From a virus (taxonomy: Duplodnaviria; Heunggongvirae; Uroviricota; Caudoviricetes), in the IMG/VR virus record IMGVR_UViG_3300008108_000006: a stretch of DNA of 64,000 bases; one strand, given 5' to 3'. The position numbers and the translations under genes were made by a program. The stretch's first letter is position 1. Every line of letters starts with the position of its first letter. The notes under the pieces were generated by a model. The model saw nothing but the letters and a program-made list of their open reading frames with translations. It was not told the DNA's origin and searched no databases. This document shows positions 40,514 through 50,260 of the stretch, piece by piece.

Positions 40514-40885
40514 ATGTCAAAACCAAGAAAAAAAGAGATTAACCTAACTAAGGATTCAGTTTTAGCACTGTTACAAGAAGTATATAATGAACTTGTTGAA
40601 CAGAGAACTACCGCTTTGAGGTTACAAAACAAGTTGGTGGTAATGTTAAAAACCCCCGAAGACATGACTGTTTTAGGTCCTGTCATAGAAAAACAACAAA
40701 AAATTATAAATGATTGTGTTGATAAAAAATTACAATTGGGGAAATTACAATCATCCCTTTGGGAAAAAACTAGCAACTCACAAGAAAGTGTTACTCTATC
40801 AGAGATTGATGATGAACTTTTACAAAGTTTGATTTTGAAAGATGTGGAAAAAGGTAACAACGATGACACCACATACAAATTTTAA
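40514..40885 (+). CDS. Hypothetical coiled-coil protein
   Basis: 123-aa ORF; TATTTATA 3 nt upstream. Confidence 0.6.
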   Translation: MSKPRKKEINLTKDSVLALLQEVYNELVEQRTTALRLQNKLVVMLKTPEDMTVLGPVIEKQQKIINDCVDKKLQLGKLQSSLWEKTSNSQESVTLSEIDDELLQSLILKDVEKGNNDDTTYKF

Positions 40886-40890
40886 TTTTT

Positions 40891-42987
40891 ATGGCACTTA
40901 ACTTAACATCGGGATATGAGGGATTAGCAGCACTAATCCAAGAAGCAACCACATATAAAAGGGCGAAGAATGATTATGATGAATTAATCAAAAGACAAGG
41001 TGCTAGGTTAAGTGATGTTGCAGATACCGTCCAAGGGGGGTATCAAAACGCCATTGGTAAAACCAAAAAGTTTGAAGAGGTTCAAGGAAATCAAATAGAT
41101 AAGTTACTTAAAATAGCTGAGAGTTTAGGCCCTAATTTACAGACTAAAGCACAATCATCATTACAACGTCAAATAGATAAGTTGAATTTTTCCGGTGTAG
41201 TTCAAAATACAAGATTTTCAGGGATATCAAGTAATTTTAATTCTGCCGGCGCATCTACTGTGGATTTCATTAAAAAATCATTTAAGGAAGCGGTAACAAA
41301 AGTAGAGCCACAAATTCAAGAGATTATTAATAAAGAGGTTTTAAGAGCGATTGGTTGTTCTCAAAACCAAACATATCCAACAAATAGTGACATCTATATT
41401 AAAGTTTCAAGTATTGATTTTTTTGGTAACTTAAAACAAAGTCCCGAAGATCCTGTTGGTAAATTGTATTATGAATTGGGTAATAGTTTTAACAATAATG
41501 TTACTAAAAATTACCCAATGAACCGTCAATTAAATCATAGATTGAATAATCCAGGTTTATCGTTTAATACTGAATATGGGGCTAGTTATAAAGGATCTTC
41601 ACTACAAGAACTTTTTGATTTTGTTTATACAAAGGTTGGTCCAAACGGGGAAAGTGGTGATTACTTTAAAGTAACACTTAAAGAACGTATCCCTTCAGTT
41701 TCTGATTTTGAAACTTATGGAACTTCGGGATTTACCCAAACTGTTCAATCTGTGGAAAGATTTATTGTTGATTATTATAAGAAAATTAAAATAGCCGAGA
41801 GTAGGAAAGTTTTTTCTGAGGTTATGAATATTTTAACCAACGCACTAACAATTGGGCAAAATCCCGATAGTAATTATATTACCAACGAAAAATATTTCGG
41901 TAAAATCATACAAAGAATTTTCGGTCAATGCCAAGACAATACAACCGAAATAGGTGTTAGTGGTATTGCCAAAATTGCTGTTGGTGATGAATTTGATGAA
42001 ACCTTTTTTGAATTAACACCCGAAGATAATGTAGAATTAGAAAATGAAATTTCTAACATACAACGAGGTGTTGTTCAATTTGAGGGTTGTGGAACCGTAG
42101 ATTTTCCTGTGGATTCTACCTCAATTATAAATTCGTTACTTAAGATGAATGATGCAACATCACCAAGTGAAGAAATTGAGTTATCTGATCAATCCGAAGA
42201 TACCGCATTAGAACAATGGAAATTATTATATCCAAAATTTCCGGTATTTTCATGGAAAAAAGGTATCATTAAGTCATTGGTTCAAGCATTATGTAGAGTT
42301 GCGTTCTCACCAAAGGCAATATTTCCATTGATGATAATGTTAAAAGCATTGGGTAACAATATTGTTGATAGTGTTGAGGATGTTAGAACTTTCATGACAA
42401 AATTTAGATTATTAGTAAATAATATAGTTGGTAAAATATTTTCATTATTTGTTAAAGAACTTTATAAAATAATATCAAGAGATATTAAAAAATTATTAAG
42501 TTCGATAGTGACTGATTTATTGAAAGAGAAAATTGATAAAAAATATGCAATCTATGTGTCATTATTACAAGCCGGTTTTGAAATTAGAGATACTATTAGA
42601 GATTTTAGAAGGTGTAAGAGTGTTATTGATAATTTAATAAGATTGTTTAAGATAATTGATAAGGTTACTAAACCTTATCGACTACCCTTGTTAGCTTTGG
42701 ATCAAGCAGCTGCAAGACCCGGTGTTAGTGCTACTCGTGCTTTTATGAAAAATATTGGAATAATGCAAGAACTTGGATTACCTACGGGGGCGTTACCCGA
42801 TGGATCACCGAATCTTGATTTAGTGTCACAATTTGCTAGTATTAAAGCTATGTATAAAGAACAGGATGAAAACGGTCAAGTTGAGATATCCTTAAATAAA
42901 TTAGTGTTACCTGTTGCAGTACCGGGATTGGCAGGTCCGGGAACCGCATCGGGTGCAGGTGCCAGACTTTTCGGAATACCAAAATGA
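40891..42987 (+). CDS. Large hypothetical virion (baseplate/tail region) protein
   Basis: 698-aa ORF upstream of the gp5-like gene. Confidence 0.5.
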   Translation: MALNLTSGYEGLAALIQEATTYKRAKNDYDELIKRQGARLSDVADTVQGGYQNAIGKTKKFEEVQGNQIDKLLKIAESLGPNLQTKAQSSLQRQIDKLNFSGVVQNTRFSGISSNFNSAGASTVDFIKKSFKEAVTKVEPQIQEIINKEVLRAIGCSQNQTYPTNSDIYIKVSSIDFFGNLKQSPEDPVGKLYYELGNSFNNNVTKNYPMNRQLNHRLNNPGLSFNTEYGASYKGSSLQELFDFVYTKVGPNGESGDYFKVTLKERIPSVSDFETYGTSGFTQTVQSVERFIVDYYKKIKIAESRKVFSEVMNILTNALTIGQNPDSNYITNEKYFGKIIQRIFGQCQDNTTEIGVSGIAKIAVGDEFDETFFELTPEDNVELENEISNIQRGVVQFEGCGTVDFPVDSTSIINSLLKMNDATSPSEEIELSDQSEDTALEQWKLLYPKFPVFSWKKGIIKSLVQALCRVAFSPKAIFPLMIMLKALGNNIVDSVEDVRTFMTKFRLLVNNIVGKIFSLFVKELYKIISRDIKKLLSSIVTDLLKEKIDKKYAIYVSLLQAGFEIRDTIRDFRRCKSVIDNLIRLFKIIDKVTKPYRLPLLALDQAAARPGVSATRAFMKNIGIMQELGLPTGALPDGSPNLDLVSQFASIKAMYKEQDENGQVEISLNKLVLPVAVPGLAGPGTASGAGARLFGIPK

Positions 42988-43184
42988 TGAATGAACATAA
43001 AATACAAGAACTTTTACCAAAGTTAAATGAACAATCAAATTCTGTATTAACAGATATGATGGATTTTTTACAAAACGATTTTGACGTTACAAAACAAAGA
43101 ATTGTTGATTTGACGTATCACTTAGATACCATAGAAGCAACATACAACAAAATAAATAAAGAATATTCTAAAAGAAACCCGTAA
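42984..43184 (+). CDS. Small coiled-coil hypothetical protein
   Basis: 66-aa ORF overlapping both neighbours. Confidence 0.55.
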   Translation: MMNEHKIQELLPKLNEQSNSVLTDMMDFLQNDFDVTKQRIVDLTYHLDTIEATYNKINKEYSKRNP

Positions 43185-44764
43185 TGAGTAGTTTTTTGAA
43201 TCAACCACAATCTAATCTACCTAGAAGAGATTTAAGAAAATTAATTTATCGTGGGACGGTATTGGATAACGTTGATCCAAAAATGCTTGGTAGAATTAGA
43301 GTAAATCCTGAATTTTGGACTAAGGAAGACATTGTAACCGCTACTGTGGGTTTTAATGAAGAAACCGATAAGTGGAAAGATAATGATCCGTTTATTTGTT
43401 TGCCGTTATTACCTTTTTATATTAATTCACCCGTTCCATCTGTAAATGATGCGGTAAATATCATGTTACAAAACTTGGAAAACAGGTTTGAGAAAAGGGG
43501 TATGTTTTATATTGGTGCTATGCTATCATCACCTATGTCCGTAGAAAATGAGGTAAAAGAACAATCGGAAAATTTAACGACTTATGGTTCTAACGTTAAA
43601 GATACTTATTCGGTAAAAAACCAAGATGGTTCATATCCTAATCCCAAAAGTGAGGGTATTTTCCCCGAACCCGATGACGTTGGTTTGGTTGGTAAAGGAA
43701 CTTCAGACTTAATTATTAAACCAAATGATGTCTTATTAAGAGCGGGTAGAAACTTACCATTCAATATTAATAAAGCACCACAAACAAACCCAAACAGATC
43801 ATACTTACAATTAAGTAAATTTGGATCTAAAGAAAAATCTGAAGGGTTTGACACTATTGTTAATTTTTCTCAGAACATTCAAAACTTAAAATATGTGATT
43901 GAATGGTTAATTACGAATCCCGAAAATGCTGCGGATAGTTTTACAGGAACAATTTATCTATATAAATTAAAACCATCTAGTAATACATTATCAACTAATT
44001 TTAAATTAACCACTAATTTGGAAACGGAAAAAAGTCTAATCACTTATAAAACGTTTCAATCAAAATCATTAAATGATACTATAATATTCATTAATAAATT
44101 TATTCAAGACGTAAATTCGGGCACATTAATTAATGTAATATCAAAACCAGGTAATTCTAACTTATCAACCGTTACGATTACAGATCAATTCCCTTATGGT
44201 TATAGACCTGCGCCCCCAACATATTCATGGATTAATCCCACCAATTTCAATGGGGTTGATAATGTCATTGCATTTACAAATATTACACAAATATATCTTG
44301 GTGTTAAATTTAATAGTGGTGTTAAAAAAGCGGGTATCGGAATTGTTGGTTCAAAAGACACATACGGATTAAAACCGAAAACAAGTTTGGAATTTGTTGA
44401 GAACAAATCGGCTGAAGTTGTTGAGGATACTTTTGCATCTTTGGGTGCAAATCAAATTGCGTTTTTATCCCACGATTCATCAATACCGGGCAAAACAAAG
44501 ATTAATATGCAAAACAATGTTAAGGGTATTGATGCAACACAATTTCAAAACGAAATCATCCCAAACACATCATCAATGGTTAGGGGTGAAGAACTATTGG
44601 AGTTAATTGATCTTATTGTTAGATACTTAATATCTCACGTCCACGCTTATCACGGATTACCTCCGGTTCCCGTAGGACAGGACGGAACAACGTCATTAGA
44701 TGTATTAACTCAACTACAAGAAGCATATCAAAAAGTTTTAAATAAAAATATCAGAATAAATTGA
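43184..44764 (+). CDS. Baseplate hub/central spike (gp5/VgrG-like)
   Basis: GTVLDNVDPKMLGRIRV OB-fold motif; C-terminal HVHAYH. Confidence 0.65.
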   Translation: MSSFLNQPQSNLPRRDLRKLIYRGTVLDNVDPKMLGRIRVNPEFWTKEDIVTATVGFNEETDKWKDNDPFICLPLLPFYINSPVPSVNDAVNIMLQNLENRFEKRGMFYIGAMLSSPMSVENEVKEQSENLTTYGSNVKDTYSVKNQDGSYPNPKSEGIFPEPDDVGLVGKGTSDLIIKPNDVLLRAGRNLPFNINKAPQTNPNRSYLQLSKFGSKEKSEGFDTIVNFSQNIQNLKYVIEWLITNPENAADSFTGTIYLYKLKPSSNTLSTNFKLTTNLETEKSLITYKTFQSKSLNDTIIFINKFIQDVNSGTLINVISKPGNSNLSTVTITDQFPYGYRPAPPTYSWINPTNFNGVDNVIAFTNITQIYLGVKFNSGVKKAGIGIVGSKDTYGLKPKTSLEFVENKSAEVVEDTFASLGANQIAFLSHDSSIPGKTKINMQNNVKGIDATQFQNEIIPNTSSMVRGEELLELIDLIVRYLISHVHAYHGLPPVPVGQDGTTSLDVLTQLQEAYQKVLNKNIRIN

Positions 44765-44782
44765 TATTTATATGAAAAAGAT

Positions 44783-46261
44783 ATGTCGGTTCATTTTTCA
44801 TACTTTAACAAGAACAATACTTTAATTAATGGTTCATATACTAATACAGGTAGGAATCCTGTAACTCAATTGTATTTTGGATCACCCAATGATACTTTGA
44901 ATCCTGTTGGATTTACAAGGTTTATCTTTAATTTGGATTTATCTTCCCTACAATCAAAGATCTCTTCGGGAACAATAAACACGTCAAACCCCATGACACA
45001 TACTCTTAGAATGACTAATACGTCGTCATTTGACACAGAGTTGTTAAATACCACAATGTCGGACACATCAAGAAGGGCGACCTCCTTTGATTTGTTTTTA
45101 TTTAGGATAACGGGTCAAACTTGGGATGAAGGTGTGGGATATGATTTTTTGGATACAACATTAGCAAAAACATCATCAACGGGTCAATTAACGTTAGAAA
45201 CCTTGGAGTCAGATAAATCATATTCTGATAGACCGAGCAATTGGTTTAAAAAGACAACTTTATCGGGTTGGACAACACCTGGGATTTATAATAACGTAAA
45301 TTCTGCAACGGGTAGTGGTTTAAATTACTCGGCTCTTACCATTATAGATACACAACATTTTGAATTGGGTAATGAAAATGTTGTATTTAATATGACAAAT
45401 GAAATAAATTCAATATTAACGGGATCCACCACAGGTGTAACGGGATACGGTATTGCATATTTACCCGCATTTGAGAATATCTCGGGTTTAACAGAAAACT
45501 ATTCAGTTGGGTTCTTTACGAGACACACTCAAACATATTATCAACCGTTTTTAGAAACAACATACGATGACTTGATCACGGATGATAGAAACTTGTTTGT
45601 TTCAAACAGAACCAACCATTTATATTTATATGTATATTCAAATGGTGATTATCGTAACTTGGACAACAATCCGTTGGTTAATATATATGATCCAAATGAT
45701 GATATTGTTCCCGGTTTATCAGCACTTACAACAACAAAAATAACAAAAGGGATATATGAAGTAACAATTCCACCAATAACAGGTTATACAACACCTTGTG
45801 AATTTAGTGATGTGTGGAGCGGTTTAACCATTGATGGTAATTTATTAACAAATATAACCAATTATTTCATACTACAATCTTATACTAATTTCTTTGAGAT
45901 AGGAACCGAAAGTAGGGAACCCGTAGAATATGGTTTTGATTTTTACGGAATAAAACAAGATGAAAAAATATTAAATACAGAAATAAGAAAAGTAGGGGTG
46001 ATAGCCAAAAAAGCTTACACATCACAACAAATACTTAATAAAATACAATGTTATTATAGAGTGTTCGTTCGTGAAGGTCAAACCGAAGTTCAAGTTCAAG
46101 ATTGGACTGAAGTTAATAGAACACCAAATGAACTTTATTTTATGTTTGATACAACAGATAAAATACCAAACGAATATTTTATAGATATTAAAATCCAAAC
46201 ATCGGGACAAGTAGATATTTATAAAAGAACATTAAAATTTCAAATCGTAAATAGAAAATGA
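44783..46261 (+). CDS. Virion structural protein (Ser/Thr-rich)
   Basis: WDEG.G motif; beta-rich; late motif upstream. Confidence 0.5.
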   Translation: MSVHFSYFNKNNTLINGSYTNTGRNPVTQLYFGSPNDTLNPVGFTRFIFNLDLSSLQSKISSGTINTSNPMTHTLRMTNTSSFDTELLNTTMSDTSRRATSFDLFLFRITGQTWDEGVGYDFLDTTLAKTSSTGQLTLETLESDKSYSDRPSNWFKKTTLSGWTTPGIYNNVNSATGSGLNYSALTIIDTQHFELGNENVVFNMTNEINSILTGSTTGVTGYGIAYLPAFENISGLTENYSVGFFTRHTQTYYQPFLETTYDDLITDDRNLFVSNRTNHLYLYVYSNGDYRNLDNNPLVNIYDPNDDIVPGLSALTTTKITKGIYEVTIPPITGYTTPCEFSDVWSGLTIDGNLLTNITNYFILQSYTNFFEIGTESREPVEYGFDFYGIKQDEKILNTEIRKVGVIAKKAYTSQQILNKIQCYYRVFVREGQTEVQVQDWTEVNRTPNELYFMFDTTDKIPNEYFIDIKIQTSGQVDIYKRTLKFQIVNRK

Positions 46262-46731
46262 TAACAGATAATCAAATTAGAACCGCTTTGAGAAAACTTC
46301 ACGAAGCAGAACACAGCACTGAAAGATATATGTTTTTCAGTAACCTACAACAAATTAAAAGACAAGCCGAATTATTGTTGGAACAAGATGAACAAATGAT
46401 AGAACAAATCCTATCTAATGGTCATGATTGGGCTGATGATCATATCACCGTCGCTAAAGAAAATATGGATCAAGTTTTTGATTTCTTTATGAATGAGATT
46501 GAAGGTGATGGTGAACAAGATATTGATGACCACTCATTCCACGATGATATGATAATGATGGAAGGTCGTAAAAAAGCGGGAACAAAATTATGTGCTCGTG
46601 GTAAATCCGCAGCAAAATCCAAATTTAAGGTCTACCCCTCTGCATATAGTAATGGTTACGGAGTACAAGTATGTAAAGGAACTAAACCTGGTCTTGACGG
46701 AAAAAAGAGGTGTTCACCACCTTATTGTTAA
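46258..46731 (+). CDS. Hypothetical protein with basic C-terminal KFKVYPSAY domain
   Basis: Acidic N-half with HDWADDH, then LCARGKSAAKSKFKVYPSAYSNGY..QVCKG. Confidence 0.6.
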   Translation: MITDNQIRTALRKLHEAEHSTERYMFFSNLQQIKRQAELLLEQDEQMIEQILSNGHDWADDHITVAKENMDQVFDFFMNEIEGDGEQDIDDHSFHDDMIMMEGRKKAGTKLCARGKSAAKSKFKVYPSAYSNGYGVQVCKGTKPGLDGKKRCSPPYC

Positions 46732-46733
46732 TC

Positions 46734-46767
46734 AAAAACCCCCACTGTTAATAATGGGGGTTTTTTT
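46734..46767. terminator. Bidirectional terminator between convergent genes
   Basis: AAAAACCCCCA...TGGGGGTTTTTTT. Confidence 0.8.
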
Positions 46768-47956
46768 ATGGTTTATTATACCAACCAACGTATATTACAG
46801 TACCATTTATATTAAATGAATCGTAATTATCATCGTATGTTAGTGCACCATAATTTGTATCATAAAGATAATCTCGGACAGCCCTTTCACGATCAAAAAA
46901 TTGATCAGGATCCAACCCATTGTTTCTTAGATATCTTGCAGGGTTATCCTCAATTTCATCTTTAATATCACTTAGTATTTCATCAATTTTGTCATCAATT
47001 TTGTCATCAATTAAATCCTCATCAAGACCTTCGGGATTGTCTTTAATTTCTTGAATTTCATCTTCAATTTCCTTAATTCTATCCTCATCTTCGTTTGGAT
47101 CAAGAGTGGATAGTTCATTTTCCAATTCTTGTATTGTTTCCTGTTGAGATTCCGTTAATATCAGTTCATCTGTTTCAAAATAACTTGATGGTGATTCTCT
47201 AATCCTCTCTTCATAATTTTCCCTTTCACCGTCCTCAATATAGTTATATATTTCATTTGAATTTAAGTAACTCTCAATATATTCATCACCCCAATTTTCA
47301 AAGTCTAAATCTTCAACCCAATCTTTAAGTGATGTATCCCAATCATCCTCATTACCGACAATAACTACGTTTCTAGCAGTATAGTAATTACCTTGTAGGA
47401 CAGTATATTCCGCAAGTTCTCTATAATGTCCCGTGTGATATAATAGACCAATTGAGTTTTCATTAAATACCTCAAGATCCTCATCATACTTAGTTATATA
47501 ATCTTCAGCCTTTTTTCTTTTTGCCGGATCTTTGATCTTATCTATTTTTGATCTTAAAATATCTACCTTCTCCTCATCCTTTTTTAATTTTTTGTACACT
47601 TCATACATTTCCTCATAATTGTCATATATAAAGAAACCTTCATTACAAAGGAAGTTATACGCAACTAATAAATAAGGTTCATCTAAAAATTCACCCTCTT
47701 CCAACATTTCTTGAGCCATCTGTTTTTGATGTAAAAACTCATTCTGTTTTTTAATATGTGAGTTATACGACCTTCTAACATCAAGTAAATGATCTTCAAT
47801 TTTTGACTTAAACTCCGTGTATTTATTATTTCTTTCAATCCAAGAAATAATTTTAACCAAAAATTTAATTCGCTTTTCATATTCTTCATCACTACGATAA
47901 CCATATAATGATGTGTCGTCATAACCTAATAATCTTAATAGTTCTTTATAATCCAT
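46766..47956 (-). CDS. Acidic hypothetical protein
   Basis: 396-aa D/E-rich ORF; TATTTAT upstream. Confidence 0.6.
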   Translation of the reverse strand: MDYKELLRLLGYDDTSLYGYRSDEEYEKRIKFLVKIISWIERNNKYTEFKSKIEDHLLDVRRSYNSHIKKQNEFLHQKQMAQEMLEEGEFLDEPYLLVAYNFLCNEGFFIYDNYEEMYEVYKKLKKDEEKVDILRSKIDKIKDPAKRKKAEDYITKYDEDLEVFNENSIGLLYHTGHYRELAEYTVLQGNYYTARNVVIVGNEDDWDTSLKDWVEDLDFENWGDEYIESYLNSNEIYNYIEDGERENYEERIRESPSSYFETDELILTESQQETIQELENELSTLDPNEDEDRIKEIEDEIQEIKDNPEGLDEDLIDDKIDDKIDEILSDIKDEIEDNPARYLRNNGLDPDQFFDRERAVRDYLYDTNYGALTYDDNYDSFNINGTVIYVGWYNKP

Positions 47957-48013
47957 TTAAATCCTTTTTTAATAAATATAACCACATAAGTTAAAAAAAA
48001 AGTTAAAAAAAGT

Positions 48014-48044
48014 TTTGGTAATTAAAAAATATCATTTACCTTTG
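48014..48044 (+). promoter_or_regulatory. Bacteroidota housekeeping promoter
   Basis: TTTG (48014-48017), 19-nt spacer, TACCTTTG (48037-48044): exact consensus match. Confidence 0.7.
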
Positions 48045-48065
48045 ACTTATCAAATCAAATAAACT

Positions 48066-48506
48066 ATGACACTTAAATCATTTTTCAAAAGAATCGGAAT
48101 GAGAATGTATTACCGCTTCAAAATTTTTGTTAAGCGAGGTATTTGGGAAGATGAACCAACAAATGGATCGTCAATTCAAACAAACGCGATGAATATTTGT
48201 AGAAGAACCATGCATCTTCAAGATTCGGAATTGTTATACGCCCCGATGTCTCAAAAACGATATATCCGAAATGAGAAACTCGGTATCTTCATTATCATTA
48301 AAGATAAACAAATAGATATCGTAAATCACGTTTATCATTACAACGTTGAATTGTCAAATAAGAACATCGAACGAGTTATCGGAATGTTTGATAGAGAAAC
48401 GGAACTTCGCAGAACAACCTATGAAAAAGAAATGTTGTCACAAATCGGACATTCGTTAGAAACGATATTAGAACACGTTAAGGGAACTAAACTCGTTAGT
48501 GAATAA
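48066..48506 (+). CDS. Hypothetical protein, probably early
   Basis: 146-aa ORF with a host-type promoter. Confidence 0.6.
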   Translation: MTLKSFFKRIGMRMYYRFKIFVKRGIWEDEPTNGSSIQTNAMNICRRTMHLQDSELLYAPMSQKRYIRNEKLGIFIIIKDKQIDIVNHVYHYNVELSNKNIERVIGMFDRETELRRTTYEKEMLSQIGHSLETILEHVKGTKLVSE

Positions 48507-48533
48507 AAAAAAGGGACTTTAGGTCCCTTTTTT
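48505..48533. terminator. Bidirectional terminator
   Basis: A-tract, GGGAC-TTTAG-GTCCC, T-tract. Confidence 0.8.
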
Positions 48534-49430
48534 ATTTATTTCCATTATTACTTTTTTTAATAATAAATCCCTCAAATTCTCATTAACACTCTCATTCTTC
48601 TTTCTTGGTTTATAAGAAACCATCTTTGGTTTATTACCCGTACCTGTTTTACTGTGTGTTTTTTCCGCTCTACGTTTTTGAGCACATGCTGATTTTTTCT
48701 GTGAATCTGTCATTTTAGAAGCAACTCCCGCTGCCCTACATTTTGGATATCCTTTATCCGACGCTTCGGGTCTTCCACAAGGTGGATGCTTACCATCAAC
48801 CTTTCTACATATATTCACCCAAGGACCCTTTGGTTGTTTAGAACCTTTCGGTTTCTTTTTAGTACCAAACCACACACCTAAATCTTCATTTATTGTATGA
48901 ACATCGTGTGTGTCCATCTTATATGATCCATCATTATCTTTTTCCCAAACACCAACAATTTTTTTCAAATTATTTCTTAATGTCTTTCTCACCTTTTCAT
49001 CGTTAACAGGATGATCGGAAAATTCGGTAAATGGACCTAATTGGTTTTTTTTCCATTTTTTCATACCGAGTTCTATTGGACCCGAATACTCACCCGCAGA
49101 AATAGAAGTATCGCTTTCAAAAATTAAATCATACCTGTCATCAACACTCTCGTCGTTTTGTTGGAAGTGTGTAACGTGGTAACCTTGGTTTTTACTCGAC
49201 ATTTTTTCCATTTTTTGAGCAACGGATTTACTAACATCTAATTTACCATCCAAATCATCATAATTTAGTTGAGGATTCTCATAACGAGAAACTCCAATAT
49301 CAAAAGGATGTAATGTTGTTTTTTCCCACTTCTTAAGACCCAACGATAATGGCATTGTAAATTGTCCGGCATGACCACCCGTGCCAACACCCTCTCGTAA
49401 ATTTTTAATTATAGTATCTCTTAGTCCCAT
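48519..49430 (-). CDS. Modular hypothetical protein with a DUF5872-like basic C-terminal domain
   Basis: Two AG...P..LG.KKW.K..L.PF repeats, then DLGVWF...WVNI...CGR...YPKCR. Confidence 0.6.
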   Translation of the reverse strand: MGLRDTIIKNLREGVGTGGHAGQFTMPLSLGLKKWEKTTLHPFDIGVSRYENPQLNYDDLDGKLDVSKSVAQKMEKMSSKNQGYHVTHFQQNDESVDDRYDLIFESDTSISAGEYSGPIELGMKKWKKNQLGPFTEFSDHPVNDEKVRKTLRNNLKKIVGVWEKDNDGSYKMDTHDVHTINEDLGVWFGTKKKPKGSKQPKGPWVNICRKVDGKHPPCGRPEASDKGYPKCRAAGVASKMTDSQKKSACAQKRRAEKTHSKTGTGNKPKMVSYKPRKKNESVNENLRDLLLKKVIMEINKKGT

Positions 49431-49453
49431 ATTAATATAAATATCAACAAAAC

Positions 49454-49481
49454 AAAAAAGGTCAGATTTCTCTGACCTTTT
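49454..49481. terminator. Terminator hairpin, copy 1 of a 28-bp direct repeat
   Basis: AAAAAAGGTCAGATTTCTCTGACCTTTT; GAAA loop on the minus strand. Confidence 0.85.
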
Positions 49482-50158
49482 TAAAACTTATTGGATTTTC
49501 TGATATTTTCTTCACCCCATAACGGTTGTAGATTTCTTAAAGACCAACACTCCATGAACTTATCATCCCCAATCTCTCGGATATCAAACGATGATATTGG
49601 TTGGATATGATCAACGTGCCATTGCCCATAATTGTCCCACGTCATATTATCCATAAATTGTTTTTCTAAATGATCAATCAAATCGTCGGGTGAATATTTT
49701 AAGATATCAAAATAATGACCATTCTTTTGAACATTATTCTCTTTCAATACCTGATAAATCGCCGTTCTGAAATTGTTGATTAACTTATAGATGGGGTCAT
49801 TAGCTTTACGAGTTCTTTCGTAATTACGTTTAGTTTCTCTAATTTTTTCTTTATTGTTTTCACGGTATTCTTTTATATACTCGTTCCATTTTTCCTTATT
49901 TTCTTCATACCATTTTTTATGATTATCAGATAATTTTTTTTTATTTTTTTCACGATATTTTTTGTCGGCAACTTTTTTACCCCCTATGAATCGTCTACCG
50001 GAAGGACCTAATTTAGCGTTGTTTTCCCTTAAAACTCTTAAAATAACAGGTTTAGATAAACCAGTTTTTTGTGATATTGATTGTGAACCTAATAATTCGT
50101 CATTATACATTTTAAGAATATTAATTAATTCTTCTTCAGATGGGATATATTTCTTCAT
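49481..50158 (-). CDS. HNH-type homing endonuclease with N-terminal HTH
   Basis: WDNYGQWHVDHIQP...CWSLRNLQPLW..EN..KSNK; ATG 50158 follows TATTTAT. Confidence 0.8.
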   Translation of the reverse strand: MKKYIPSEEELINILKMYNDELLGSQSISQKTGLSKPVILRVLRENNAKLGPSGRRFIGGKKVADKKYREKNKKKLSDNHKKWYEENKEKWNEYIKEYRENNKEKIRETKRNYERTRKANDPIYKLINNFRTAIYQVLKENNVQKNGHYFDILKYSPDDLIDHLEKQFMDNMTWDNYGQWHVDHIQPISSFDIREIGDDKFMECWSLRNLQPLWGEENIRKSNKF

Positions 50159-50211
50159 AATAATAAATATAACACATACGACCAAAAAATCAACTATTAC
50201 TTAAAGAAACA

Positions 50212-50239
50212 AAAAAAGGTCAGATTTCTCTGACCTTTT
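50212..50239. terminator. Major capsid gene terminator, copy 2 of the 28-bp direct repeat
   Basis: Identical to 49454-49481. Confidence 0.85.
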
Positions 50240-50260
50240 GTTAAAAATTAGTTCAATTTA

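Noticed and set aside
46981-47012. 12-bp tandem repeat
   Set aside because: Short coding repeat (DDKI) with no sign of a separate function.
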